From an uncultured Rivularia sp. (lineage in GTDB: Bacteria; Cyanobacteriota; Cyanobacteriia; Cyanobacteriales; Nostocaceae): 64,000 bases of DNA. A program made the translations under genes and the position numbers. The notes under the pieces are model-generated. The model saw only the letters and a list, made by a program, of their open reading frames with translations. It searched no databases and had not been told where the DNA came from. The DNA is taken from the NCBI GenBank assembly GCA_963665115.1, contig OY762007.1, positions 3,232,001-3,296,000 on the forward strand, written 5' to 3'. Shown here piece after piece: positions 34,931-44,566 of this stretch; the first letter of the stretch is position 1; each line of letters opens with the position of its first letter.

Positions 34931-35134
34931 TTATTGATTTGGGTTTGAAAGGCATCTACCTTATGTTTTTAATTACGTTATTTTCTAAAATTACCTATTT
35001 CTCTTTATTTCTTCCGTTTACATTAAGCATCGGTTTTTTTATCAGTAATCTTTGATCGTTATAGTTAAAGCTCCCTGCAAGTGAAGAAAGAAAATATTAG
35101 ACTGTAAAATAAAAGTGTAATATTAGGTAGAAAA

Positions 35135-35323
35135 ATGACAGTTAAAGAACAAATTATTCAAGAATTAGAACAGATACCAGAAACAACGCAGAAAAAAGTG
35201 CTTGAGTATCTACGTCATTTGAAAACTGAAGAAAAACAGCACTCGGAGAACAAAGTTTGGCAAGCTTATTTAGAATCTGAACGTGAAAGAGAGGAGGTTT
35301 ACCGTCGTCTTGCTGACTCCTAA
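35135..35323 (+). CDS. Putative antitoxin (DUF2281-like) paired with Doc
   Basis: 62 aa; IIQELEQIPETTQKKVLEYLRHL; overlaps the downstream Doc gene. Confidence 0.65.
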   Translation: MTVKEQIIQELEQIPETTQKKVLEYLRHLKTEEKQHSENKVWQAYLESEREREEVYRRLADS

Positions 35324-35705
35324 TTTTTTAAGCAAAAGTTTAGTATTAAAAATTCATCATAGACAAGTAGAAAAATTTGGCGGCACTTCTGGGGTTAGAG
35401 ACGAAGGTTTATTAGAGTCTGCTCTAGCACAACCACAAGCAACATTTTTCGGAGAGTATTTACACCCAACAATTTATGAACAAGCCGCTGCTTATCTATA
35501 CCATATTGCCAAAAATCATCCTTTTATTGACGGAAATAAGCGAACTGCTTTTGCGGTGATGGATACTTTTTTAAGGGTGAATGGCTATATTTTAAATACG
35601 GATAACGAAGAAACTTATATTTTAGTGTTAAAAGTCGCTGAAGGAAGTATAGATAAAAAAGGAATTGCCCAATCTCTTGAGCAAAATCTAGTTAAAGAAA
35701 TATGA
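35310..35705 (+). CDS. Doc/Fic family toxin (death-on-curing)
   Basis: GVRDEGLLESAL, Fic/Doc motif HPFIDGNKRTA; GAGGAGG RBS precedes TTG 35310 (track start 35283). Confidence 0.9.
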   Translation: MLTPNFLSKSLVLKIHHRQVEKFGGTSGVRDEGLLESALAQPQATFFGEYLHPTIYEQAAAYLYHIAKNHPFIDGNKRTAFAVMDTFLRVNGYILNTDNEETYILVLKVAEGSIDKKGIAQSLEQNLVKEI

Positions 35706-35776
35706 TATGTAAAAATATCAAAATCTTATCTTTAAATTCCTAATTAAAACTCTGTTTTTGTAAATTTAAGCTTGAT

Positions 35777-36286
35777 TTAAAGCAATTTGTAAACTATAGC
35801 TCCTGAGTCAGGAAGATTAGTTATTTCTATCAATTCGTCTTGACACATTTTCTGTAGCGTCTGCTTAACCTGTGCAGTTTCTTTACCAGTTGCAAGAATA
35901 CAATCTGAAAGAGATATCATACCTCCATTCTTCTTTACTGCTTGCAAAATCTTTATAGTATCTGAGGCTTTACTGTTATTAGCAGTTTTATATACATGAC
36001 TATTGCGGCCATCAACATTTATGGTAACTTGGGGATTACCGTTAATATTGATATTTTGATAACCGTATAGCGCCTGATATTTTAAATTTTCTTCATCCAC
36101 CATATTTGGAATGGTAAATAAATCGATGAATTGTCCTATGCCAAAAAATCCCAAAGTGAAAAGATAGATAAAGCCGCTAATATACCTTTTGCAATAAAAC
36201 CGTTGAGCGCCGCATATACTAAAAGCACATAAAAACCATAAAATATATGCCAACTCTTTACTTTTCATATTACTTTTCATATTCAA
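35777..36286 (-). CDS. TM2/NINE-domain membrane protein with a C-terminal winged-helix-like segment
   Basis: AYILWFLCAFSICGAQRFY...LFTLGFFGIGQFIDLFTIPNMV. Confidence 0.8.
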   Translation of the reverse strand: MNMKSNMKSKELAYILWFLCAFSICGAQRFYCKRYISGFIYLFTLGFFGIGQFIDLFTIPNMVDEENLKYQALYGYQNININGNPQVTINVDGRNSHVYKTANNSKASDTIKILQAVKKNGGMISLSDCILATGKETAQVKQTLQKMCQDELIEITNLPDSGAIVYKLL

Positions 36287-36549
36287 AATACCGATAGATG
36301 TTATATGCTATTTTTACTTAAGTTCGATCGGTATATGCTTGAGTGTTTCCCCTTAAATTTAGCTGTATCAGTAGGTTCTACAGCATTTAAATGATTATTA
36401 AAGAGTTCTTCAATAATGCTTTATTAAAATAAAATCAATTATTAACCATTTAACCGAACAAAATTTTTATTAATCTCTTCTATTCCCTGTTTCCTTTCTC
36501 AAGAAGTTAATTAATCAATTAAACCGGATTTTTATAGGATTGACTAGCA

Positions 36550-37803
36550 ATGTTATCAGTAAGCGAAGCAGAAAATGTCATCTTTAATTTAGTTAAACCT
36601 TTAAATAATCAAACAGATATAGAAAGTGTCGATCTATTAACAGCCAACGGACGCATTTTAGCTTCACCAGTTACCAGTAAACTCGATTTTCCTCACTGGG
36701 ATAACTCGGCAATGGATGGTTATGCTGTAATTTATCAAGATGTTCGAGAAGCTAGTGAGAAAAAGCCTGCGGCTTTAAAACTTGTTGAGGATATCCCCGC
36801 AGGCTATCAACCTCAATCTAACATTCAATCGGGACAAGCAGCGCGGATTTTTACAGGTGCGGTAATGCCAAAAGGTGCCGATACGGTAGTTATGCAGGAA
36901 AATACCCGTCGCGAAGATAATCAAGTATTTATCCTCAAAGCACCAGAATTCCAAGAGTTTGTCAGACATCGTGCTGCTTATTACAAAGCCGGAGCAGAAC
37001 TATTATTATCAGGAATTCAGCTTAACGCAACCGAAATAGCTGTTTTAGCTGCCGCACAATGTACTAAATTAAATGTTTATCGTCGCGTTAAAGTAGCGAT
37101 TTTATCTACAGGCAACGAACTGGTAACACCCAACGATAATCTACAACCAGGACAAATTGTAGATTCAAATCAGTACGCTTTAGCCGCTTTAGTAAAACAA
37201 TCTGGTGGTGAAGCTTTGATGTTGGGAATCATTAAAGATGAACCCGAAGCACTCAAACAAGCGATTTCCAAGGCGATCGCCAATGCTGATATAGTGCTTT
37301 CATCTGGCGGTGTCTCGGTGGGAGATTACGATTATGTTGAAAAGATTCTAGAATCTCTGGGAGGAGAAATCAAAGTACGTGCTGTAGCAATGAAACCTGG
37401 CAAACCTCTTACCGTTGCTACTTTCAATATTCCCAATGCCCAATCCCCAATCCCCCATTCCCCAATATATTTTGGTTTACCGGGGAATCCAGTTTCAGCT
37501 TTAGTCAGTTATTGGCGTTTTGTGCAACCAGTGATCAAAAAATGTTCCAGCATTGCGGAAGGTTGGCAACCCAAATTTATCAAAGCCCAAACTCGCGATA
37601 ATTTAGGCTCCAACGGTAAACGCGAAACTTACATTTGGGGAAAGTTGGATTTAGTTGATGGGGTTTATCAATTTAGTGCTGCTGCTGGTAGTAAAAGTTC
37701 TGGTAATTTGATTAATTTAGCTCAAACCAATGCTTTAGCTGTTTTAGAAGTTGGGAAATCATCGGTTAGCGCTGGGGAAGAGGTTTGGGTTTTGCAAGTG
37801 TGA
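36550..37803 (+). CDS. moeA: Molybdopterin molybdotransferase MoeA (gephyrin-like)
   Basis: SAMDGYA, IFTGA, LSTGNEL, SSGGVSVGDYD, MKPGKP, GLPGNPVS. Confidence 0.95.
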   Translation: MLSVSEAENVIFNLVKPLNNQTDIESVDLLTANGRILASPVTSKLDFPHWDNSAMDGYAVIYQDVREASEKKPAALKLVEDIPAGYQPQSNIQSGQAARIFTGAVMPKGADTVVMQENTRREDNQVFILKAPEFQEFVRHRAAYYKAGAELLLSGIQLNATEIAVLAAAQCTKLNVYRRVKVAILSTGNELVTPNDNLQPGQIVDSNQYALAALVKQSGGEALMLGIIKDEPEALKQAISKAIANADIVLSSGGVSVGDYDYVEKILESLGGEIKVRAVAMKPGKPLTVATFNIPNAQSPIPHSPIYFGLPGNPVSALVSYWRFVQPVIKKCSSIAEGWQPKFIKAQTRDNLGSNGKRETYIWGKLDLVDGVYQFSAAAGSKSSGNLINLAQTNALAVLEVGKSSVSAGEEVWVLQV

Positions 37804-37917
37804 TTGTTTTTTAAGAGGTAGTATTCTACATTTAGAAACGGCAATTATTGACCTTAAGAAGCTATTAATAAGGAGTCAAATGCTTCCACTACGAGAATTT
37901 TTTCTCATACACAATTG

Positions 37918-38553
37918 TTAAGATACACAGATCAGATTTTTTCCACCAAATAATTCGTTTAACCAACCACAAAATCTCAAATTTTCTGGCAATTTTCGTA
38001 TATCTATTTGCTGAAAGCCAACATTTACATAAAATTTGTCTTCTTCTTTAGTGCAAGCTATATATACAGGTTGAACTGCTTTACTAATAACGTGTTGAAT
38101 CAAAAAATAAGTTAATTCTTTTTTTAAGCGTTCGGGGACGTATACGTGGTTCAGTATAGAATATTCAGCTTTTTTCAAAAATCGTACATACCCGATTACT
38201 TGATTGCCATATTCGAGCAATATAAACTGTGAATAATTTTGTAATCCAAAATATCTATAACGCTCAAATATACGCAATGGAATTTTTATAAATCCATAGG
38301 AAATTAAACCGAAAAAAGCAATATTAATAAGTAAATCTAGATATGAATTAAAAACAATTAATCTATTTGATTCGTAATTTAATATTAAATGAAATACAAG
38401 AATAATAAACATAAATTTTATTAAAATATATGACCACTTAAAATTTAAACCAAATGGTAGAAAGTAATCTCTTGTTTTATTTAATGAATGCAAGTTAGCA
38501 ATATCATTAATATCTTTTTTCTCTGCATAACGAACAGAATAATCCGAAAACAT
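37918..38553 (-). CDS. Divergent GNAT-like protein with two internal transmembrane segments
   Basis: VRYAEKKDINDI start, hydrophobic insert, VIGYVRF, HVYVP, FYVNVGF. Confidence 0.5.
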   Translation of the reverse strand: MFSDYSVRYAEKKDINDIANLHSLNKTRDYFLPFGLNFKWSYILIKFMFIILVFHLILNYESNRLIVFNSYLDLLINIAFFGLISYGFIKIPLRIFERYRYFGLQNYSQFILLEYGNQVIGYVRFLKKAEYSILNHVYVPERLKKELTYFLIQHVISKAVQPVYIACTKEEDKFYVNVGFQQIDIRKLPENLRFCGWLNELFGGKNLICVS

Positions 38554-38753
38554 AAATACTACTTACTCAAAGAATCAACACTTTCTTTTATCTTTCCCTT
38601 CTTTTGTCAATTCTTTATCAATTAAGCAGCACCTGCTTCGTCAAAAACATAGAATAATTGATTAGACAAACATTTAAGATATTCCGCACCCTTATGACAA
38701 AATCTAAAAAAAATATAAAATATTGTTATTATCCCCTGACTTTAGAATAAAAG

Positions 38754-38769
38754 TGTTACAGTAAATACA
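38754..38769. promoter_or_regulatory. NtcA-like box just upstream of the glutamine riboswitch
   Basis: TGTTACAGTAAATACA = TGT-N10-ACA, one mismatch to GTA-N8-TAC; fits a nitrogen-controlled gene. Confidence 0.4.
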
Positions 38770-38782
38770 GAAATAAAATAAT

Positions 38783-38868
38783 TCGTTCACCTTTGTTTGC
38801 AGTTAACAGTAAATCGTTAGTTAACTGCGATTAGAAGACGGAAGTAGGAATAGCCGAAGGAACGCGCC
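38783..38868 (+). ncRNA. Glutamine riboswitch (glnA RNA motif)
   Basis: P1 CGTTC/GAACG, long P2 GCAGTTAAC/GTTAACTGC, conserved GACGGAAGTAGG...CCGAAGGAACGCGCC; upstream of a DUF4278 gene. Confidence 0.85.
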
Positions 38869-38912
38869 TCACTTTGTTTAACGTTTGAGATATAAAGAGG
38901 CAAGGAAAAATT

Positions 38913-39320
38913 ATGAAACTTACTTATCGCGGAATTAAATACGAACACGCTCCTGAAGCGGTTGAAGTAACTACTCAAGGAGTCTGTGGAAAATATCGGG
39001 GTGCTGAATGGAAATGTCATTACCCAAAATATACTCCTGTAACTCACCATGCGGCTGAGTTAAAGTATCGGGGTGCTAGTTATTATTCTGGCAATCCTCA
39101 AGAAGTAGAAGAATTGAAGCAGCGTAAAAAGTTAGATTTTATATTTGCTAAAAACAACCAAATATTTACTAGCAATCGACGAAACAATAATGAATTAGCT
39201 AAAATTCATCTCGCAAATTTACAGCATAACCTCCAACGTCGTTTAGAGGTTGCAAAGCAAAGAGGAGATGAAAAATTAATTCGTCAATTAGAAGAGGAAG
39301 CGAATAAGTTATCCAGTTAG
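38913..39320 (+). CDS. DUF4278 protein with a C-terminal PirA-like segment
   Basis: Repeated (L/K)xYRG motifs (MKLTYRGIKY, GKYRGAEW, LKYRGASY); C-terminus HLANLQHNLQRRLEVAKQRGDEKLIRQLEEE. Confidence 0.8.
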   Translation: MKLTYRGIKYEHAPEAVEVTTQGVCGKYRGAEWKCHYPKYTPVTHHAAELKYRGASYYSGNPQEVEELKQRKKLDFIFAKNNQIFTSNRRNNNELAKIHLANLQHNLQRRLEVAKQRGDEKLIRQLEEEANKLSS

Positions 39321-39503
39321 TAGTTATCAGCGAACAATTATCAATTAATTATTGTTGATTGATACAAAGCAATCTTAAGTTATTGCGTGAGAATTAAGAA
39401 ACCCGGTTTTTTAGAAAAACCGGGTTTCTATGAATTTAATACACAAATCTCAACTCAAAATCGTTACATAGCCTACAAATTGAAATTGATAATTGATAAT
39501 TGT

Positions 39504-40149
39504 TCATTGTCTATTAAGCCAAATACCCCTAAGCCCAGCGGAAGAAGCACCTTCATAATCTTCCTTAACGCTATCGCCGATATGCCATGCAGCCTCTGGT
39601 AGACAATTGTGTTTTTCGAGCGCGATCGCAAATATCTTTTGGTTGGGTTTGGCTGCACCCGACTGGGTAGAAATGGTGATGGAACGAAAATAATCTCTTA
39701 ATTCTAAAGCTTGTAAAACCGAGTAAATTCGGGAATCGAAGTTAGATAATATCCCTAATTCGATTCCTTTATTTTGCCAATTTTTTAGCGATTTTAGGAC
39801 ATCGGGATAAACGAAACCAAGGATCTCCTGTGCCAAAGTGGATGTAAACTTCGCTGAAGAAAGCCGAAAAATCATCAAATTTGTGTAAAACACCAGCTTG
39901 CTCAAAGGTGGTTTGAGTTATGCGATGCCACCATGCAAACTCGCGTTGTGGAATATCTTGTTCTTGTACGTTAGGAAAAACTGGCGGTGGTGAAGCTTTA
40001 AAACTTTGAAAAAAGGTTTGATTCAAAGTAGCTGGTGAAGTTTCCACGCCAAATTCTCGGGCAATTTGACTATAAACATCGCCAACACTACCTTTAATAC
40101 CAAAGAGCGTTCCTACTGCATCTAAAAAAATGACTTTCGGCTGTTTCAT
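39504..40149 (-). CDS. HAD-IA family hydrolase (REG-2-like), split by one extra base near 39814-39816
   Basis: IFLDAVGTL, SNFDSR, KP, HIGDS..DYEGA; removing one base restores PWFVYPDV. Confidence 0.88.
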
Positions 40150-40271
40150 CCACCTGTAACTCAGATTTTGGATTTTGGATTTTGTATAGTTAGGAGTGAT
40201 TGAGGTTAAAGGTTAATTTATCCTTGTCTCCCCATCTCCTTGTCCCCTTGTCCCCTAACCCATCTCCCCAT

Positions 40272-41462
40272 CTACGACGAGAGTGTTTCTATAATAGGAC
40301 GAGTTAACCAGTTAAAACCAACTTTTAATTTATGTTCTAAGGTTGGGAGACGGTAAAGATAAGCAGCACGACGAGCGACATATCCAAATGTTCCTTCCAT
40401 TTTCATGCCTAAACCTGTAAGCGTCGCATTGTCAACTCCTAGTGACATAAATTCACCTAAGTGCTGATAGCGGAAGGGAAGTAAAGGACGGTTGGTAAGG
40501 CTTGCCCAAATATTCCAACCAACGTAATCGGCTTGCTGAAAAGCTGCCTGTGCAGTTATCGGTACTTGTTTTCCTTCTGCATCAAAGATTTCTGCTGAAT
40601 CTCCCAAAGCGAAAATATCGGGATTATCTACTACCTGCAAAGTTGATGTGGTGGTAATTTTTCCTTGCTTGTTGTGTTTCAGAGGAAGATTTTCGACTAA
40701 AGGAGTTACCTTTGTTCCCACAGTCCAAATTACCAAATCAACGGGAATTTCATCTACAACACCTTTGTATTCCAAAGAAATATTATCGGCAGCGATTGAT
40801 TCTACTTTGGTTTCCAAGTCAACAAAAACACCTCGTTCATCTAAAGCTTTTTTCGCAGCTTCACGATTAAATTCCGGAGAATTGCGGAGAATTCCATCAG
40901 CCATTTCCACTAAACGGAAACGTCCTCTTTCCCCAAGTCTGTCAGATAATTTGCAGGCTAATTCAACACCACTGTAGCCGCCACCAACAATTGCAACTCG
41001 AATTTTTTCTTTATCGGATTCTTCAAGTATCCGCAATTTTTCTTCTAGAGCGTAAGCATCATCAAGGGTGCGGAAAGCACGAGCATGAGATATAGCTCCA
41101 GGCACCATAGTTAAAGGTGTTTCTCCACCCATAGCTAATACTAAACGGTCGTAAGGAATTTCCGGGCCATTTAGTAACTCTACTCGTTTTTCGTCGGTGA
41201 ATACACCAGACACCGTGCCTTGATAAAAGCGTATGCCAGTATTTTGCAGCAAGTCTTGATAAAGAGGAGCAACTTCCCAACTTTCCATTTCTCCCGTAAG
41301 CAGTTCATATAGAAGGGGAGAAAATAAAAAGCGGTCATTTTTGTCAATCAGAACAATTTCCGGTTTTTGGGACTCTTTCCAATTCAGTTTAACTAAACGC
41401 AAAGCGGTGTAAAGTCCACCAAAGCCACCACCAAGGATGCAAATTCGATTTTGTTCGGTCAT
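40272..41462 (-). CDS. ndbB: Type-2 NADH dehydrogenase family flavoprotein, NdbB/demethylphylloquinone-reductase-like
   Basis: ICILGGGFGGLYTAL, FSPLLYEL, IVGGGYSGVELA, ALGD, AQAAFQQA. Confidence 0.72.
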   Translation of the reverse strand: MTEQNRICILGGGFGGLYTALRLVKLNWKESQKPEIVLIDKNDRFLFSPLLYELLTGEMESWEVAPLYQDLLQNTGIRFYQGTVSGVFTDEKRVELLNGPEIPYDRLVLAMGGETPLTMVPGAISHARAFRTLDDAYALEEKLRILEESDKEKIRVAIVGGGYSGVELACKLSDRLGERGRFRLVEMADGILRNSPEFNREAAKKALDERGVFVDLETKVESIAADNISLEYKGVVDEIPVDLVIWTVGTKVTPLVENLPLKHNKQGKITTTSTLQVVDNPDIFALGDSAEIFDAEGKQVPITAQAAFQQADYVGWNIWASLTNRPLLPFRYQHLGEFMSLGVDNATLTGLGMKMEGTFGYVARRAAYLYRLPTLEHKLKVGFNWLTRPIIETLSS

Positions 41463-41682
41463 TGGTTTAATAAATCGGCAAGGTAAGGGAGTACCTTAAG
41501 TGTAATTATTTGTGCGTGGGTTGTGCCTAAATAAAATCTTACAAGTTAAATCTAGTAGGTTGAGATGAGGAACCAAACCCAACGTTATTACGATTTAGTT
41601 TAGTTTTGCCTTACGGCACGCTACGCTAACACTTTCTCTCAACCCAACCTACAAGAGGAATTTCATCATCAACATAAATTTT

Positions 41683-41721
41683 TCAAAAACTAAGCCTCTT
41701 CTCCAACTTCACCCGCATTTT
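41683..41721 (-). repeat. Duplicated 3' end (12 codons plus stop) of the PLD/comA gene
   Basis: Encodes KMRVKLEKRLSF* versus KMRVKLEGRVSF* at 42476-42514; 34/39 nt identical. Confidence 0.85.
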
Positions 41722-41737
41722 ATAACGGCTTTCTTCA

Positions 41738-41767
41738 TTGTCAGAAAATGGCATAAACTGCCATAAT
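41738..41767 (+). promoter_or_regulatory. Putative TA promoter with operator palindrome
   Basis: TTGTCA-N18-CATAAT overlapping the inverted repeat ATGGCA-TAAAC-TGCCAT (41748-41764). Confidence 0.55.
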
Positions 41768-41791
41768 AAAGTCAAAGAGTCTGAAAAAGCG

Positions 41792-42064
41792 ATGAAAAGT
41801 ATTAATATTTCCCTACCAGATATGATGCGTGCTTACGTAGAAGAACAGGTTGCGGATGGTTGCTATAGCACCATTAGCGAATATTTCCGCGAGTTAGTGC
41901 GTCAAGATCAAAAACGTAAAGCCAAGGAACATTTAGAGACTTTATTGTTAGAAGGGTTGAATTCTGGAAGTGCAACACCATTAACCGAGCAAGATTGGGA
42001 TGATATTCGTCAAGCGGTGCGTTCAAAAGTTCAAGGGGACAAAGGTTTAAATACCAATGGGTAA
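41792..42064 (+). CDS. ParD-like ribbon-helix-helix antitoxin
   Basis: MKSINISLP..YVEEQV..YSTISEYFRELVR..LLEGLNSG; overlaps the toxin gene; ATG 41792 preferred to track start 41738. Confidence 0.85.
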   Translation: MKSINISLPDMMRAYVEEQVADGCYSTISEYFRELVRQDQKRKAKEHLETLLLEGLNSGSATPLTEQDWDDIRQAVRSKVQGDKGLNTNG

Positions 42065-42386
42065 TGTTTATAAGCATCCCCAGGTTATCCGTGACTTAAT
42101 TGATTTGGCGACTTATATTGCTCAGGATAATATGAATTTTTCGGACAAGTTTTTGACTGCTGCTGAAGAAACCTTTAAACAATTAGCTCAAACTCCAAAA
42201 ATGGGGAAAGTGCGTGAATTTGATAATCCGAATTTAGCTGATGTTCGTCAACAACCAATTAAGGGATTTAAAAATTATTTAGTTTTTTATCTGACAAAAG
42301 ATAGTGATGTAGAAATTTTGAGAGTTTTGCACGGTCGGAGAGATATTGATACTATTTTTGATGAAGATTTGGGAGAAGAAAATTAG
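42057..42386 (+). CDS. RelE/ParE family toxin
   Basis: DLIDLATYIAQDN, LAQTPKMG, YLVFY, VEILRVLHGRRD. Confidence 0.88.
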   Translation: MGNVYKHPQVIRDLIDLATYIAQDNMNFSDKFLTAAEETFKQLAQTPKMGKVREFDNPNLADVRQQPIKGFKNYLVFYLTKDSDVEILRVLHGRRDIDTIFDEDLGEEN

Positions 42387-42475
42387 TAGTATTGTGTTGG
42401 GTTTCGTTATCGCTCTACCCAACCTACAAGGTTAATTCCAACATCAACTCCGCGCACCTCCGCGTTACTCTGCGT

Positions 42476-44350
42476 TTAAAAACTAACCCTCCCTTCCAAC
42501 TTCACCCGCATTTTCCCCCCAACACCTTTCACCCTCTCCAAATCTTCCAAAGAATCAAAACGCTTTTCCCGACGTGCTTTAATAATCCGCTCAGCTAACT
42601 TCTTCCCCACCCCAGGAAGCGTTACCAATTCTTCCACCGTAGCTGTATTTACATTAATAATTACCTTTTCTGCAAATGTAGAAGGCGCTTTAATTTCCCC
42701 ACATTCACTTTCTTCCTGCTTAACCTTCTTCTCAATCCTTCGAGGAATCCCAAATTCCGCATTAACATAAAGTCTTTCAAATTCCCTCGCATAATGAGCG
42801 GCAATTTTGGGGTTTTCAATCACCAAAACAGTTTCATCATTTCCCGTATTTGCTGCTTCCGTCCAATTATGGGAACCTGTAATTACAGTTTTTGTATCGA
42901 TGACAGCATATTTATGATGCAATAGATCGCCACTCGTTAATAAAGGTACCCCAACAGAATTAATTGGATTCCGCCAAGGTTGGTTATTCAGTTCGTATTT
43001 ACATTTATTGCTCAAAGCTACACCCGTCAGATCCAAACCTTCACTATAGAAACGGTAAGCAAAATCTGGCTCCAATAAAGTCCGAATTTTCACCTTTACT
43101 TCGTGACGTGTTTCTAAAATATTGCTCAAACGTTGGGCTGAAAATACAAATAATGCAGAATCAATAGAATTTTCTGCTGAATTTAATGTTTTACCAATTA
43201 ACCCATTACTGCTGTCAATCCAAAGTTTTGTAGGAGAAGTGGGGGAGAAATTAACCGTTACCTTGTTATTTCCAAAAGAAACTTCCTGAAAATCACGAGT
43301 AGGTTTTTGTAAACCAAACTTACTATCAAATTTACCTCCGACTCCATCACCCCACATGAGATTAAATTCTTTTGTAAAAATATCGGCTAATTCAACACTA
43401 TCGATTTTAATTAAATTATTAACATTACCTAAACTGTCATAATTGCTGTAATCGCCATGAATACCGGATAATGTGAAATTTGCCGAAGTTACAATTACAA
43501 AGCGATTATCTATAATAATAAATTTATGATGCATCAAACCGCTACCTTTTGAACCATCGGCGGTATCATCAATTAAAGGTATTTTAGAATTCTGTAATAT
43601 TTTTAAAGCATCTCTTTCGTTGATTTCTTCTTCGGAAAGTGTACCGTCTTCATTAGTATCGGCAAAATTTGTAAATTCCTGATATCGCTTGATTTCTCTG
43701 GCTTTTAACTTGCTTAATTCTTGCGGCGTATAATCGCTCCAAGCACGACTATAGTTATTTTCCAAAATTACTCTTACTTTGACTCCCGCTTGATGTTTCT
43801 TCGCTAATGCTTGTGCGACTAAAGGTAAACGTAATTCTTGTACAGCAACATCTATCGTAAATTCAGCTTGAGAAACTGCATCAATAATTATTTTTTCTAA
43901 ATTATCTCCCTTACGGATTTTCTCACGGTAAGGTTCTTGATATTCAGAACTTTGAGAATGATTAAAATAAACCTGTATTGATGAATCTTGTGGAAGTGGT
44001 TTTAATAATTTTTTATTAGATGTGGCTTGCTGACAAGCAGTTAGGGGTAATATCAGTAGAAATAAATAATATAGATATCCGTAGATAAATAAATTAGTAG
44101 TGCGAGCATCTTGCTCGCTAGTAGTATTAAATTCTTGCTCGCTAGTAGTATTAAATTCTTGCTCGCTAATGGTATTAAATTCTTGCTCGCTAGTAGTATT
44201 AAATTCTTGCTCGCTAGTAGTATTAAATTTTTGCTCGCTAATGGTATTACAATCTTTATTGCTAAGTGTATTAAGTTCTTTATTACTAGACAAGGTATTA
44301 AAAATATTTTTCACAGGTTGAGATAGTTTCGAGAAAAATTTCACGGTCAT
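42476..44350 (-). CDS. comA: Phospholipase D-family nuclease with C-terminal helix-hairpin-helix (cyanobacterial ComA/ComEA-like competence lipoprotein)
   Basis: Two HKD motifs (MHHKFIIID..TSANFT, LHHKYAVID..GSHNW), lipobox LTAC, HhH INVNTAT..LPGVGKKLAERII. Confidence 0.78.
   Translation of the reverse strand: MTVKFFSKLSQPVKNIFNTLSSNKELNTLSNKDCNTISEQKFNTTSEQEFNTTSEQEFNTISEQEFNTTSEQEFNTTSEQDARTTNLFIYGYLYYLFLLILPLTACQQATSNKKLLKPLPQDSSIQVYFNHSQSSEYQEPYREKIRKGDNLEKIIIDAVSQAEFTIDVAVQELRLPLVAQALAKKHQAGVKVRVILENNYSRAWSDYTPQELSKLKAREIKRYQEFTNFADTNEDGTLSEEEINERDALKILQNSKIPLIDDTADGSKGSGLMHHKFIIIDNRFVIVTSANFTLSGIHGDYSNYDSLGNVNNLIKIDSVELADIFTKEFNLMWGDGVGGKFDSKFGLQKPTRDFQEVSFGNNKVTVNFSPTSPTKLWIDSSNGLIGKTLNSAENSIDSALFVFSAQRLSNILETRHEVKVKIRTLLEPDFAYRFYSEGLDLTGVALSNKCKYELNNQPWRNPINSVGVPLLTSGDLLHHKYAVIDTKTVITGSHNWTEAANTGNDETVLVIENPKIAAHYAREFERLYVNAEFGIPRRIEKKVKQEESECGEIKAPSTFAEKVIINVNTATVEELVTLPGVGKKLAERIIKARREKRFDSLEDLERVKGVGGKMRVKLEGRVSF
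44095..44288. repeat. REP palindrome followed by a 24-bp tandem repeat (5 near-perfect plus 2 degenerate units) inside the comA reading frame
   Basis: GTAGTGCGAGCATCTTGCTCGCTA then (GTAGTATTAAATTCTTGCTCGCTA)n; translates on the minus strand as (SEQEFNTT)n-SEQDARTT. Confidence 0.9.
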
Positions 44351-44566
44351 CTGCTCGGAGATACTAAACGAACAAATTTATTTTTCCCATTTTTCCCAAA
44401 AATTTATAAAAATAATTGGTGTTGCGTTCATAGAAATATGAAAATGTGATTTCACATTGAAAGAGACGTAGCATTGCTACGTCTCTACATAAGTTTCATG
44501 TCTACTACAAAGGGTAGGTAAATATATATAACAGTTTTTTTATCTACTCCCTACTCCCTTACAAAA

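Noticed and set aside
34898..35724. Duplicated mtnA 3' end around the Doc TA module (TTAAAGAAATAT at 34898 and 35692; AAATATCAAAAT at 34904 and 35713)
   Set aside because: Only 12-nt AT-rich matches, which could arise by chance; far weaker than the ParDE case
44095..44288. Possible CRISPR array
   Set aside because: The 24-bp units are directly adjacent with no unique spacers, and there are no cas genes; it is a tandem repeat
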